27,147 nucleotides of DNA from a virus, in UHGV virus genome UHGV-1347488; one strand, written 5' to 3'. Shown piece by piece: positions 25,730 through 27,147 of the stretch. The notes under the pieces are model-generated. The model did no database searches. It was not told the DNA's origin and was given only the letters and a program-made list of their open reading frames with translations. Each line of letters begins with the position of its first letter. The first letter of the stretch is position 1. A program made the position numbers and the translations under genes.

Positions 25730-26194
25730 TTAATGATTGACTGTTTCAGTCTTCCTTTTTCGTCTATTGGCATTCTGCTGCTCCCTTCTAGTTTTTCTTC
25801 TGGCTTTTTCCTCTGCTGCTTTCTGGTTCAGATAGTTACACTTTTCCTGTCCTTCTTCCTCGGTGGAAAAGATAAATCTTTCTTCCGCTTCGGTTTTATG
25901 TCTGTTCCAGTGTTCCAGTTCATATTTGATTTCAAAATGCCCTCTAGCCGTTGCTCTCACATAAACCTCTGTAATTCTTGCTTCATCACAATGATAACCA
26001 TGCGTATAAGCAACGTATCTACCAGAACCATGACAGTTAGAACATTTACTTTCTTTTCCGGCTGAACCGTCTGGATCAGTGCTAATCGCCACTCCTTTGC
26101 CCTCGTACACAGGACAAACAGCCAGTTCAAACATCTGGTCATTCGTTACCAAATATACGATGTCTCCGAGATTGAATTTAGTTTTGATATTCAT
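25730..26194 (-). CDS. Hypothetical protein with Cys/His cluster and basic C-terminal tail (154 aa from the RBS-supported ATG)
   Basis: ATG (MNIKTKF…) with AAGGAG 10 nt upstream; CSNCHGSGRYVAYTHGYHC; C-terminus rich in R/K. Confidence 0.6.
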   Translation of the reverse strand: MNIKTKFNLGDIVYLVTNDQMFELAVCPVYEGKGVAISTDPDGSAGKESKCSNCHGSGRYVAYTHGYHCDEARITEVYVRATARGHFEIKYELEHWNRHKTEAEERFIFSTEEEGQEKCNYLNQKAAEEKARRKTRREQQNANRRKRKTETVNH

Positions 26195-26310
26195 GGTTTT
26201 TATGCTCCTTTTCCTTGTTTTAGAGCACAAGCCCAAGTTGGACATGTGTTATCTCTTGAAGAGATAGCAAAGCAGTTAGGGACTTCCGCTCTGTATATTA
26301 TTATGATTCT

Positions 26311-26724
26311 CTACTGGAACAAACTTTTTTCCAACTGCTGCAACATACACATCTTAAACACTTTATAAATTGGGTCATCAGTATTTATTCTGTATTCATC
26401 AGCAGAAAGTCTCTCCCCATCGTTGTTTGCATCATATATCCATACATAAATACCATAGTTAATTTCATCATCATCTATATCAATCTCTATGTATGGTTCC
26501 ACTATATACGATTTTAGAATCAGTGCTGTATTATCAGATGCCGTTTGAAGCTTTATTCTTCCTAAAGCATCACGAATCATCTCTTCTGCTTTATTTCTAA
26601 TTTCTTCCGGAAAGTCAGGTTCATCGGTTATTGGAAAATAAATTGTTTCTGGCCCACATCCTTCTGCCATACCGTATTTCCGAATTTCTTTAAATCCAAA
26701 ATCACTTAACATCTTTTTCACCAA
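26311..26724 (-). CDS. Hypothetical small acidic protein, tandem paralog A
   Basis: 137-aa ORF; shares YFP(I/V)TD(E/D)PDFP(E/A)E(I/L)R and a C-terminal DP(I/L)Y…QLE..LF with the next gene. Confidence 0.65.
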   Translation of the reverse strand: MVKKMLSDFGFKEIRKYGMAEGCGPETIYFPITDEPDFPEEIRNKAEEMIRDALGRIKLQTASDNTALILKSYIVEPYIEIDIDDDEINYGIYVWIYDANNDGERLSADEYRINTDDPIYKVFKMCMLQQLEKSLFQ

Positions 26725-26742
26725 ACCTTTCTAGTTTCATTC

Positions 26743-27147
26743 TTATCTAAATAAGTGCTGTTCCAGTTGCTTTATCATATAGTCCTTAAATGGCAGATAC
26801 AACGGATCACTGGTTTCTATCTCGTACTGCGTCCAGGCATCAATCTCAGTATCATCACAGATACCAACTTGAATATCATAGCCAGGTAAATTATCACTAT
26901 TTCTGCAATAGACCTCTATTCGTGCCGATAGCAGCAATTTGGAACATACAGGATCAATACCATATCTGGCCTGTATCTGGCGCAGGACTTCATCAATGAG
27001 AGTTTCTGTCTTGGCTCTAAGTTCCGCCGGAAAATCTGGATCATCGGTTACAGGAAAATACAGTGTACTTTTGCCAGTAAAATCATCGGTAAAATAATTC
27101 AACTGCTCTACTGCCTGGAATCCATAATCATTTATCATCTTCCACAC
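26743..27147 (-). CDS. Hypothetical small acidic protein, tandem paralog B (start at or just beyond the window edge)
   Basis: 134-aa ORF paralogous to 26311..26724; the listed first codon is GTG at the window end and an ATG (MINDYGF…) lies 3 codons in, so the start is uncertain. Confidence 0.6.
   Translation of the reverse strand: MWKMINDYGFQAVEQLNYFTDDFTGKSTLYFPVTDDPDFPAELRAKTETLIDEVLRQIQARYGIDPVCSKLLLSARIEVYCRNSDNLPGYDIQVGICDDTEIDAWTQYEIETSDPLYLPFKDYMIKQLEQHLFR

Noticed and set aside
249-26065. Plus-strand ORFs nested antisense inside long minus-strand genes (for example 988..1308, 3001..3528, 6181..6477, 14472..14798, 20497..21132, 24916..25119, 25541..26065)
   Set aside because: They are fully contained in well-supported minus-strand genes, lack RBSs and have biased low-complexity translations typical of antisense frames.
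1-27147. Integrase, transposase or attachment sites defining mobile-element borders
   Set aside because: No recombinase-like ORF or flanking direct repeats are visible in this window, so no mobile-element boundary is claimed.

Overview
Minus-strand-dominated segment of a phage or phage-plasmid-like element from a low-GC (Firmicutes-type) genome; all calls are from reading the six-frame translations and the DNA, with no database search. Genes in transcription order (right to left): two tandem paralogous small acidic proteins, a Cys/His-containing small protein, an AT-rich cargo island (about 21.8-25.5 kb), a TubR/TubZ-like partition pair, several unknowns, a LexA-DNA-binding-domain-only protein, a cold-shock-domain protein, an archaeo-eukaryotic-type primase-polymerase followed by a 79-bp-period repeat array, an operon with phage-borne ClpX, a ParB-HTH-like protein, a 999-aa protein carrying a DxDGD motif (candidate YonO-like single-subunit RNA polymerase), two paralogous small HTH regulators, and a 1367-aa TP901-type tail tape measure protein. 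The best candidate for an undescribed system is the island's tightly coupled pair: an AAA15/AAA21-type ABC ATPase plus a 288-aa partner I cannot place in any family, with a convergent HTH-domain protein interrupted by a 57-nt N run. No integrase, transposase, tRNA, rRNA or CRISPR array was found. Several starts were moved to RBS-supported codons because the ORF track evidently also opens ORFs at TTG/GTG.
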